A stretch of DNA of 64,000 bases from Promethearchaeati archaeon SRVP18_Atabeyarchaeia-1 (GTDB taxonomy: Archaea > Asgardarchaeota > Atabeyarchaeia > Atabeyarchaeales > Atabeyarchaeaceae): assembly GCA_037308085.1 (NCBI GenBank), contig CP147779.1, positions 2,112,001 through 2,176,000 on the forward strand, read 5' to 3'. Positions 29,136 to 38,218 of the stretch are shown here, piece by piece. The notes beneath the pieces are model-generated. The model did not search any database. It saw only the letters and a program-made list of their open reading frames with translations, and was not told where the DNA came from. Every line of letters begins with the position of its first letter. Position 1 is the stretch's first letter. The translations under genes were made by a program, and so were the position numbers.

Positions 29136-29432
29136 TGAACGCGCCCCGCAAAGTCTCGCCTGCACCTAAACTTCCCTAAAGTTGCCGTCTTCATTTATAA
29201 GTGTTATCGTGCGATAACAGGCTACTTTTCTCATAGAGGATCCTTTGTCGACAGAGAGGCCCATGATCATGCTGGCTCGAGGTGAGAATGCAGGGAAAAG
29301 AGTTGAGCAAATGCTTTGTAGAGCAGGCATGGCGCGCCTGCACAGGATGTTTGCGCGCGCGTATTATCGGAAGGCTTATTATATCGTGTCAATCAACGCG
29401 TGCCAGACATATCTCTGGAGGAGCTTCCACTT

Positions 29433-29951
29433 ATGCAAGTATGGAAAATTGTTCTGCTAAATCCTACGAACGACTGGGGTAGGTTTGTCAAAGAGAAAGC
29501 GGTATTTGTAGGCAAGTTCGGACCCGAGGACCTTAATGAATTAGACAAGTTCTCCTGTAAGGAGGACATCGAAGAGTTTCTCTCGGAAGGGGCCGCCGCC
29601 GAATTGTGGAAATTCTCGCACGATGTCATGATAGGCGACGCGGTTATTGCTGCAACCGACAAGGAAATCCTTGGAGTGGGAAAGATCACTAGCGGGTATT
29701 CATACGACTCCATATTCGACCCCACGGATAAGTGCTACAATAAGGCTCACACGAGGCGCACAGAATGGGCGGAGCTGAAACCCCACTTGGCTAGGGAAAC
29801 AGGGGATCCACTTTTCAAGCCGCTCCCCAAGGAATTCGAGTCGCTCAACAACCAAATCAAAATAGCAGAGCTCTCCCTAAGGGAATGGGAAGCTATCGGC
29901 AAGAGATACCCCAAGGTCAAGGAAGCATCGCAGAAGTTGGGCATCAAGTGA
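29433..29951 (+). CDS. Hypothetical protein with EVE/PUA-like (Mrr/McrB N-terminal type) domain
   Basis: GGAGG RBS then ATG 29433; F...V.IGD.VIA....ILGVG.ITSGY.YD...H.RR.EW pattern. Confidence 0.6.
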   Translation: MQVWKIVLLNPTNDWGRFVKEKAVFVGKFGPEDLNELDKFSCKEDIEEFLSEGAAAELWKFSHDVMIGDAVIAATDKEILGVGKITSGYSYDSIFDPTDKCYNKAHTRRTEWAELKPHLARETGDPLFKPLPKEFESLNNQIKIAELSLREWEAIGKRYPKVKEASQKLGIK

Positions 29952-30212
29952 GAATTACAGCAACCATGTCACCGCTCGGCATACTCACCTGTTTCTATTT
30001 CTTGTCCCAGAGGAAATGGTAGGTTAGAAGCGCTGACGAATGAGAGTTTCGTATCGGGGCTTCGACGGATTTCACCCTACAGGTGAGAGTCTCGACCCCA
30101 GAACTGTAAGATTTAAGTGTTTCACCAGCTCCTCCCTACGTGAACTCGATTAAGTAGATCTCACTCTGTTTCTCGCAAAGATGCGGCGCGGCTCAGACTA
30201 GTCCAAGTAAGC

Positions 30213-31172
30213 ATGAGGGAAAACTTAATGGCGCCAATGAGAATAGGGCATCTCTCGACAGCGTACCACACAGCCTTCGTACTCATGGGAGCTGAGCTGC
30301 TAGAAAGAAAGGCCCGAATTGAGGCCAGCTGGCGATTGTTTCCCACAGGACCCGAGATGATAAAAGCATTCCAGAGAGAAGAGCTGGACATAGGGTACAT
30401 AGGTCTACCTCCGGCCATGATAGGTATTGAGAAGGGCCTTAAGATTAAGTGCATCGCCGGAGGACACGTCGAAGGAACCATGATGGTGTCAGCCCGCAGA
30501 TTCATAGACCTGAACGCGTTGAACGACGTGAAAGCGACTCTCATGCAGTTTAAGGGAAAAACTATCGGGACTCCGGCTAAGGGCTCAATCCACGATGTCA
30601 TAATCCGCCATCTCGTAGAGGCGGCTGGTCTCCAAGATGAAATAGCCGTCAGGAACTTTCAATGGGCGGATTTCATTCTAGAGGCCATGGAGGAGAAACT
30701 GGTTGACGCGGGCTGTGGAACTCCGCCATTAGCGGTGCTTGCCTCGAGGTTCCTCGACTCGAAGATAATACTACCTCCGCACGCAATGTGGGCGTACAGC
30801 CCAAGTTACGGCATCGTTGCCGCGGAGCACGTGATCCACGATTCACCCGACACATTAGATCTCTTCCTAAGGTTGCATGAAGACGCCTGCAACCTGATAA
30901 GGCTCAAGCCCCTTGAAGCGGCAAAGATGGGCGCGCATGCAATAGGACTAGTGAAAAAGGACTTCTTGTTGGACGTGTTTAAGGTCTCACCCAAGTACTG
31001 TGCAAGCGTTCCGAAGGAATTCGTAGAATCCACCCTAGCCTTTATCCCAGTTCTTAAGAAGATGGGGTACATATCAAGGCCGTTGAAGCGAGTCGATATC
31101 TTCGACACAAAGCTTGTCGAAAGCACCCACAAGGAGAAGCCACACTACGACGACCCCGGAAAACTCATCTAA
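30213..31172 (+). CDS. ABC substrate-binding protein, NMT1/SsuA/TauA family
   Basis: F.TGP.MI.AF...ELDIGYIG.PP, GKTIG.P..GSIHD. Confidence 0.88.
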   Translation: MRENLMAPMRIGHLSTAYHTAFVLMGAELLERKARIEASWRLFPTGPEMIKAFQREELDIGYIGLPPAMIGIEKGLKIKCIAGGHVEGTMMVSARRFIDLNALNDVKATLMQFKGKTIGTPAKGSIHDVIIRHLVEAAGLQDEIAVRNFQWADFILEAMEEKLVDAGCGTPPLAVLASRFLDSKIILPPHAMWAYSPSYGIVAAEHVIHDSPDTLDLFLRLHEDACNLIRLKPLEAAKMGAHAIGLVKKDFLLDVFKVSPKYCASVPKEFVESTLAFIPVLKKMGYISRPLKRVDIFDTKLVESTHKEKPHYDDPGKLI

Positions 31173-31177
31173 AGCGA

Positions 31178-31471
31178 TCATCCACCAGCCACAGGAGGCA
31201 TCATTGCGAGGACACCTCCAGCGCGAAGCTTTGTCTTCAAGCCATCCAGCTCCTCGATGTTCTGGCTATCCAGAAAAAATAGTACTCTGAGACCTCTACG
31301 ATCTCTTCCGGAGAGGACGTAGTTCTCAAATTCCTTTCCATATTCTCTGCTCAAAGCAGAAAGTACATCTTCTATGGTCGAGTCTTCCTCCACCGAGAGT
31401 TTCTCTTCGTGCCTGCCCGTTATATTGCGCAGCAATGTAAAGTAGCGGATGGTGACTTCCATAGCGCGCAT
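31178..31471 (-). CDS. MoaD/ThiS/SAMP ubiquitin-like sulfur carrier
   Basis: V.IRYF..LR..TG, GL.TKL..G..LA..PPVAGG with C-terminal Gly-Gly. Confidence 0.92.
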   Translation of the reverse strand: MRAMEVTIRYFTLLRNITGRHEEKLSVEEDSTIEDVLSALSREYGKEFENYVLSGRDRRGLRVLFFLDSQNIEELDGLKTKLRAGGVLAMMPPVAGG

Positions 31472-31841
31472 CTCCTCCTCAGAGACTAAATGCAGCGATA
31501 TATAAGGATGATGAGGAGTCGTTCCTCGCACCGAGATGAGGAAAGTCAATTACCTGCGGAAAAATGTGAGCTGCCAAAAAGCCTCAACCCTTTCTGGTTC
31601 GTAACCAATGCTTCGCCCCCTCGCGCGGACACAAGTACCACAGCTCTTATTGGAGGCTTCATTGCATGCGTTCTTCCTCGCTAGCTTCTTAGCCCCCAAG
31701 GAATACGGTGGCTGCAACCTTGTTTCCCAGAAATCGAAACCCAGAAGGGAATTGACAGAATGCGTAGAGCGAGACCAACCATGCCGATCAGCCACCCGAT
31801 AGGTTCGGGGCCTGCCTAGCGCGCTTGGAAGCCAACACCCT

Positions 31842-33773
31842 TCAAGCACTTGGCAGCTTACTTTTTGTGAGTTGCTTTCGTCCTAACCCTTTCTTGGTTC
31901 GTTCGAGTTCTGGCGGACTAGCATGCCTTCTCCACTTATTTATCAAGTTCTCGGGCCAACCAATGCGGGCTAGTCGATTGAGTTTGTCTTCGGTGATCTT
32001 ATTGTTCGTCATTTCTTCGACGAGCCCTGGTGGGATATGGAACGGTTTATTGCCACTCCAGTCCCATCCAATGAACAACTCCGCGTTCTTGCTCTCGCCA
32101 TCGATATACAGGCAGGCCGCTCGCAGTTCCTGGCTGTGGATCCCTCCGCTGGTTCTGTCCTTTAGCCATGAAGGAACATTAAGGGCCCTAACATTAAGGG
32201 CGCTTAGAGTCCCCGCGGATCTCGTTTTCTTCTTGCTCTCGCGACTGTCGCTGCCAGTCTTTCCAATGTCATTGAACACTTGCAAACGATGAGTGTGCCC
32301 GAAGACTAACGTTAGATTGTCAAGTGGACGCCACTTGTCGTGGCCGCTATGATTATTGGTTTTGCCGTCTGTGACGTTACTATCATACCACTGATCTATG
32401 CCTCGAAGCACACTCGACTTAGGATCACTTATGCTGGCGTATCTTGTGCTGAAAGCGCGCCAAATGTTGATACCAGAATAGTAGAGTATGAATGGGAGCC
32501 CTAGGATCAACCAGACTACTGCAAGTGCATCGACCATCAAAATAGCTAGTATATCGTGGAGAAGTGGGATCGCGAGAAATCCGTTCACAAGAAGAATACG
32601 AAAACCAAGAAAATAGGCCGCCAAGGAAGTAAGGACTGCAGCTGAAATTGATGCCAGAAGGGACAAGGGCAAGAATATGCTATAGAGTCCGGGCTTTGTC
32701 TCCCTAAGCAAGCAGAGAACGACAAGAACCACAACAATATTGGTGAGAGCGTCAGACACTACCGGGGGACCGAGTTGGCCAAGCAGGCCGAGATTCGCCC
32801 CAACTTGCAGCACGATGGCGGATATGAGTAATACGATCAGAATCCAAAAGGTGGCTATTATTTCTCTCTTAGAGCCATTGAATGAGACTGCTAGGAAAAG
32901 TGTAATTAGCCCTCCCAAGAAGATGCCGTCAGGCCCCGGAAGTCGTGTGAGAATGATCAGGAAGGATAGCGCCATAAAGATGTATCCATAGTCACCGAAT
33001 GCAAGTGCCCCCGACCTAAGGGTGCTGAAGTTATTCCAAGGTACTATGCGCGTTGTGAAACCCTTGCTGAATTGCTGGCCGTGGAGGAACAGGTAGTTTC
33101 GTTTGCCTTTCTTCACATGAGGAACCTGGTTCTCGTCTTCTTCCTGTCTAGGTTCCTCCTCTTTGCCTTTCCGAGCTGGTTTTGAGGCTTTGTCTCCATC
33201 AACTTGAGGCTGGTTGTTTTCAAGTGGGTAATGGTCTTCATAGACTGTGATCGGTTCCCTGCCAGATGGGTAAATCTGAGTGCGCGCACGCTCGAAGCCA
33301 TGGCTTGTTTCCTCGTGCGACGTTGCTTTCTCCGTATCTCTCCCTTTTTTAGTATCTTTCTTCTTCTGTTTCTCCGTATCCTTCTCGGTGAAAAGTCGAT
33401 GTGCTTCGTAGTCGTGGTTCCCCAAAACATAGATCTTCTCGCAATCAAGTTTCTCGAGCGCACTAAAGAGCGGTCTACTGGAAAACTCGACTTTGGCTTC
33501 TGTGCTGTCCCATAAGTCAACGATATCGCCCAGCAGAATGAGCATGCTGGGGGGCTCCAGCTTCTTGCTAGCATCGCCTCCCTCGTCATAAAGCTCTAAC
33601 TCGTTCTCAACTTTCTTGTTCTTGAGATCGACAAGCCAGTTGATGAACCCCACCAATGCTGCTGGATCACAGGTTTCGGCTTCTGCCAGCTTACCCGGAT
33701 CTGGCACCAGCCCAAGATGCGTATCTGCTATGACGATGCAGCTACCCTGATCCTTCTCTCTTCTCCCGTCCAC
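31842..33773 (-). CDS. Calcineurin-like metallophosphoesterase with inserted multi-TM block
   Basis: ADTHLG, LGDIVD, GNHD, LHG and FGHTH motifs; about 6 TM between the HG and GHTH motifs. Confidence 0.85.
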   Translation of the reverse strand: MDGRREKDQGSCIVIADTHLGLVPDPGKLAEAETCDPAALVGFINWLVDLKNKKVENELELYDEGGDASKKLEPPSMLILLGDIVDLWDSTEAKVEFSSRPLFSALEKLDCEKIYVLGNHDYEAHRLFTEKDTEKQKKKDTKKGRDTEKATSHEETSHGFERARTQIYPSGREPITVYEDHYPLENNQPQVDGDKASKPARKGKEEEPRQEEDENQVPHVKKGKRNYLFLHGQQFSKGFTTRIVPWNNFSTLRSGALAFGDYGYIFMALSFLIILTRLPGPDGIFLGGLITLFLAVSFNGSKREIIATFWILIVLLISAIVLQVGANLGLLGQLGPPVVSDALTNIVVVLVVLCLLRETKPGLYSIFLPLSLLASISAAVLTSLAAYFLGFRILLVNGFLAIPLLHDILAILMVDALAVVWLILGLPFILYYSGINIWRAFSTRYASISDPKSSVLRGIDQWYDSNVTDGKTNNHSGHDKWRPLDNLTLVFGHTHRLQVFNDIGKTGSDSRESKKKTRSAGTLSALNVRALNVPSWLKDRTSGGIHSQELRAACLYIDGESKNAELFIGWDWSGNKPFHIPPGLVEEMTNNKITEDKLNRLARIGWPENLINKWRRHASPPELERTKKGLGRKQLTKSKLPSA

Positions 33774-34144
33774 TCCAAACCGCTCCTTTCATCCAAGCCG
33801 CACATCTGGGGATAATGGTTGTGGGAACGCTTACTACTATCATCGTTACAAGTAGCAGTAGTATTGGCACTATTTGTGCTGTCGTGTTTTGCCTCTTATT
33901 GATTCATTCCTGGAGATAGTATGAGTTTATGACCTATTCCTTCCTATTCCGCCTTATTCCTCTAAGGAACGCGCGCACTTACTCGGCGCGTCTGAACATC
34001 GCATGGTGCCAAGTTACTCTTATAGTCTTCCATCGTGCGCTATGGGAGCCGTTGTCGTGAGCCATGTCATTAGCTGGAGTGCGTCTCCGCCTGCTTTCCT
34101 TCTCCCCTTCAAGAGGAGGCACCGAGAACACGGTTCATGACATA

Positions 34145-34366
34145 GTTAAGTACGTCAAGAGTAGATGCGACAGTTTGGAACCTAAACACCTAGTAGCTCG
34201 CAAATGCGATTATGGATATATCCGAGATCAAGTCTCTAGCCAGGGCGGTAGTCGGGGAGCTGAAGCACCAAAGGCTTCTTGGCAGTCAACAAAAAATCAA
34301 TGAGAAAAGTTAATTCGATGCGCGGAAACGTCAACAGCAAAAAAAAGCCAACCACCCCTCTTTTTT
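34145..34366 (+). repeat. Degenerate ~220-bp direct repeat, copy R1
   Basis: Aligns with 36675-36925 and 40665-40890 (ATATCCGA...GAAGC...GGCTT...AAGTTAATT...GCGCGGAAA.GTCAACAG.AAAAA). Confidence 0.75.
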
Positions 34367-34663
34367 GAGAAAGGTGCGACACTTGAGTCGTTTCAAACAA
34401 AGCATTCTCAGGTGGACAGAAAGGCAAAAGAAGGCGTTAAATGGGAGATAGGGAAGAATCGCCATAGACTACTCAGAACCATGAGTTCACCAACCTCACA
34501 CGCAATTGAGGGCGTCCCTTCCATCTCCAAAGACCTCATCATGTCTCTTGCATCTCTGAAACATAAGGCTTACACATGGTGTAACCGGTCCCATATTGCG
34601 TGATATGCGCGATTGCCTTCCATTACCAGGTTACAAAGGGAAATGTGACTCGCTCTTCTAGCT

Positions 34664-35254
34664 TCACTTTTCCTTTTCCCTGTCGTGTGCTCCATAGTAG
34701 ATATCCTTGTAGAACCCTGCTTCAGCTGCGTCAAGAATCGGCTTGAGAGATCGGTACTTGGCGTGCGTGTAAAGTGAGATCGACTCAGGGATGAGCGTCA
34801 ACGGAAGGGCGTAGACGAATAGAGTATACACGAGGAACGCTGCTCTGTTCGGTAAGATTTGGGCGATCGATGGTTCGAATTGATATGTAAAGAGAGAACT
34901 GAGGATCGCGTAGATCGTTATAGCTGCAAAGATCAACATGTTATGCAACCTGCTCATCTGCCTAAGCCCCACCTCCTCCTCTGGAAGCACCTTGAGAAAG
35001 CCTTCACTCTCCGCTTTCCTAATTACTAGGTCAACGTCCGCTGTGGAGAACAGAATTAGAGCGACCCCATCAATCATGAGCATCAACGAGGAAAGGATCA
35101 CCAGTAGGTGACTAGACAACAACTCAGGGAATGCAGCGAAGAAGATGATTATCAGCGAAGGCCCGGCGACTAGATACGCTAGGCCCGCGGCAACCATGAG
35201 TCGATGCCTATATTTGATGGGTCTGACCCTGCTCAAAGCCAGCACCTTCAACAA
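34664..35254 (-). CDS. 4-TM membrane protein (possible immunity protein)
   Basis: 196 aa with four hydrophobic helices; starts 26 bp after the upstream gene's stop. Confidence 0.7.
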   Translation of the reverse strand: MLKVLALSRVRPIKYRHRLMVAAGLAYLVAGPSLIIIFFAAFPELLSSHLLVILSSLMLMIDGVALILFSTADVDLVIRKAESEGFLKVLPEEEVGLRQMSRLHNMLIFAAITIYAILSSLFTYQFEPSIAQILPNRAAFLVYTLFVYALPLTLIPESISLYTHAKYRSLKPILDAAEAGFYKDIYYGAHDREKEK

Positions 35255-35280
35255 AAAAGGGGGAGAGTTCCTGAGGAATG

Positions 35281-36338
35281 CTAGATCGTCGGGCTATCAT
35301 CAACGTCGTTCCAATCTACATAGAGATTGTGTACGATCAACACGATGTTCAAGACGAGCCAAGGAATGTAGACTGGCGCACCCACAGAGAATTCTACTGC
35401 AAGTTCACAGACTATTGCGATGGCAGTTAAGGGATCAAGAAGAGTAGTTATCACATCATAGCAGAGATTCATGAGCCACTGGAAGATCCCGATTAGGAAG
35501 CCGCCCACATCTCCTTGAGTCAATAGATAGAGCCAACAGAGGATCCCGCTAGGGACGCTCATTAAGAATGCTCCCTCTATAACTTGTTCTGTGCTAGTAT
35601 AGAGCGGCCTGTTAAGCGCGGGCATTATGCTGAAGACGACGAAGAACACTACCGCTGCAATGAAGAAAAAGAACTCTAAAGTGCCAAGATGTGCGATGAC
35701 ATACGTTATACTGCTACCGCCACTGCCACCGCCACCACCGATGTCGCCGCCGTCACTAATCCTTAGGGTTGTGATTTTCTCTTTTCCACTGATTATGCCT
35801 CGGGCTTGTTGCATGAACTCTTGGATGACCGCCTCGCTGCCTGTCAGCGCGTATGAGACTACTAGGGCGCCGAGTTTTGCATCATCCCGTTGAATGTCAC
35901 TGGAACTTGGGCTTTAGGCGCGTAGTTGAGTATTTCTGCAGAGTAGCATGCTAGGATGATGTCTTTCGACGGAGCAACCTCGACCTTAGCAGCAAGGGCT
36001 TGCCATGTCTCCATTCCTTGCTGAGTCTGCACGCCTTCCTGCGAGCCGTGGCCGACCCAGACTACCCCGCCATATGCTCTGCCTATGATAAAGAGGTATG
36101 CCAGCGAATTGTAGTCTACAACCACTGAATTTGGATTGTTTTCTTTCACAGTATCCACGGATATGTTGACGCCAGGACTGTTGTCCATCTTGACTACTAC
36201 CGGCACCAATACTGGAGAACTCAGTCCGCCCTGCACTGTACCTAGGAACACTAGTACGCCGATGATCGCCACTGACGCAAGAAGAATCTTTCTACTTCTA
36301 TAATCCAATTGTTTCCCTCTCTCCTCCAACTTTTTCAC
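35281..36338 (-). pseudogene. Frameshifted secreted protein: caspase/CHAT-like domain + Gly linker + hydrophobic C-terminal domain
   Basis: ORFs 35862..36338 and 35281..35814 join through a frameshift near 35885 (…FNGM / DAKLGALVVSY…). Motifs VWVGHGS and ILACYS; GGDIGGGGGSGG linker; about 4 C-terminal hydrophobic helices. Confidence 0.65.
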
Positions 36339-36674
36339 TGATGTGTAGACTTGTCGGATCTCTCATATTTAAGCTTCTCCACCTTGAGCTGAATTCGGGC
36401 AAGAAGACACCGGCGCCAACTGAGCCAATATACGCGTCAAGTCGGAAGCCTAGGTTGCCCGGGCCCCAAGCTAAGAGGAGTCCATCACTGCTTGACCGTT
36501 ACCTTGCAGCTTCGTTCTCGCCTTGGACATTCGTGACATTCTTTGACCCGCTCCCTGTCATTAGTGTGCTGAATAGTTCAATGGGGACATTGGCGAACTC
36601 GGGGTTTGCGTTCCTATTGTCGTGGATAATAACCAAGATAAAAAGGGCACTTGTGGGCGGCATGAGTGTGGCCA

Positions 36675-36925
36675 GTTGAGTACGCGCATAGCAGGGGCCA
36701 CAGCCTAGACCCCAAGGACCTTAAAGTTATTCATGGCATGAATAACTTCGGGGATATCCGACCTGATCAGGGCCCTGGCTCAAACGGCCCTGGAGGAGTT
36801 GAAGCGTGAAGGGCTTTTTACTGTTGACAAAAGGCGAAGGTAGAAGTTAATTTGGCGCGCGGAAATGTCAACAGTAAAAAACCCAGTTTCTTCTTTTTAT
36901 TCGGTTCTACTAGCACCCGCTAGGT
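36675..36925 (+). repeat. Degenerate direct repeat, copy R2, with perfect 15-bp inverted repeat
   Basis: TTTTTACTGTTGACA (36815-36829), 36-nt spacer, TGTCAACAGTAAAAA (36866-36880); also a perfect 12-bp palindrome at 36724-36748. Confidence 0.8.
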
Positions 36926-36973
36926 GTACTGTGGGGCTTTGGTTGTTCACGTTTCTGTGGGCCTAATGGTCGT

Positions 36974-37918
36974 CTATTCGCGGATTCTTCTTTTGATCTC
37001 TTCGAGGCTGAGAGAGTTCTTCACCGTCTCAAGCAGGTTCGCCCTCCCCATTCCCGCCCTCGCCTTCTCCCCGAGCACGGTTCTCGCCAGCTTGAGGAGC
37101 TTCTCGTCGCTGAGCCTGCCCAGGATCTCCTCCTTCCTGTGCCGCCTGACCCTGCTCCTGCTCCTCGACGCGTATATCAGCACCGCCGCCAAGCCCAGGA
37201 TCGGCGGGAACACGACGTACCAGTACTGGGAAAGCAGGGCAAGCACCGGAGATGATGAGATGTGGGCCTCAACAAGAGACATGACGACTGACTCCACTTG
37301 TCCGTTGGCTTCCCTCGAGTACTCGAGTCTGGTCGCAACGCCAGTGCCTGCGTCAATCAATATCCTCGTAAATTCATAGTAGTAGTACTCGAACAAGCCG
37401 TCGCCCTCCACGGTCCAGTGGAGGAAGTTCTCGTGGACCAAGATGATCTGGTTGCCTGAGACAATGGCTTGCAGCTTCGGGAAGCAATCCTCCAGAGCCT
37501 TCCAAAGCCTTCCTGGACCTACAGGATAGAAGAAGGGACCCGGAGCGACCGTGGGAAAAACGTCCGTCAGCCTGAAGATGATCTGAAAGTCAATGCTCGG
37601 CAAGAATGGCGAGTCGTTGGCATACATTAGATAGAACGGCACTTCGTATCCGAGGATCTCGTTGCCCGCCTTGTCGATTAGCCTGATCACTAACTCGTGG
37701 TCTAGATAGACAGTTATTCTATCTCCCTGCCGAAAGTTTAGCCCCCACGTTGTGTTCTGCTGGTCGACGTTGTATACGACCCAGTCACCCGCGCTGACTC
37801 CGAGGTTGTAGGTCGGAGACGCTAGGGCGGAGGCGGTGGACACAGTAGCCGCTAGGCACCCGCAGCCGATTCCCAGCAATAGCAGAGCAACAACCAGATT
37901 CCTCTTTACTGACACCAT
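36974..37918 (-). CDS. Single-pass surface protein with cytoplasmic helical tail
   Basis: Signal peptide, YNLGVSAGDWVVY, IDAGTGV, C-terminal TM, then a basic helical domain; related in motif to 12557..13210. Confidence 0.8.
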   Translation of the reverse strand: MVSVKRNLVVALLLLGIGCGCLAATVSTASALASPTYNLGVSAGDWVVYNVDQQNTTWGLNFRQGDRITVYLDHELVIRLIDKAGNEILGYEVPFYLMYANDSPFLPSIDFQIIFRLTDVFPTVAPGPFFYPVGPGRLWKALEDCFPKLQAIVSGNQIILVHENFLHWTVEGDGLFEYYYYEFTRILIDAGTGVATRLEYSREANGQVESVVMSLVEAHISSSPVLALLSQYWYVVFPPILGLAAVLIYASRSRSRVRRHRKEEILGRLSDEKLLKLARTVLGEKARAGMGRANLLETVKNSLSLEEIKRRIRE

Positions 37919-38218
37919 GTTTCTCGCACCTTCCTGACATCATGATAACCAGAAACGAGAACGACCTGTGATTTAACGATTTCTTGTGGCGGAGAGCCCC
38001 CCGCATCCGATTGAGTTTACCCCGGATCGTGGAACTCAGTAACCCTTTTAGGTCGCCCTTCTCGGATCGGTAACTGTCTGAAGTAGCAGCCATCCGAAGA
38101 TCCGAGTGCACAGAGAACTCGGCGGACAGTCCAATACTCTGCTTCAAGCATGAGGGGGGACTGGTACATGTTGCTGCACGCAGCCGATCTTGTCTATACT
38201 TAACTATCTCCATAGAGG

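Noticed and set aside
31178-31471. Eukaryote-type ubiquitin partnering the RING proteins
   Set aside because: The sequence is MoaD/SAMP-like (PPVAGG), not LRLRGG-type ubiquitin, and no E1 or E2 lies nearby.
36724-36750. loxP-like site (ATAACTTCG / AAGTTAT)
   Set aside because: The match is only partial and the arms are arranged inside-out relative to loxP; treated as coincidence.
36815-36880. Integron attC site
   Set aside because: The arm order is GTTGACA...TGTCAAC on both strands, the reverse of RYYYAAC...GTTRRRY, and no IntI gene is present.
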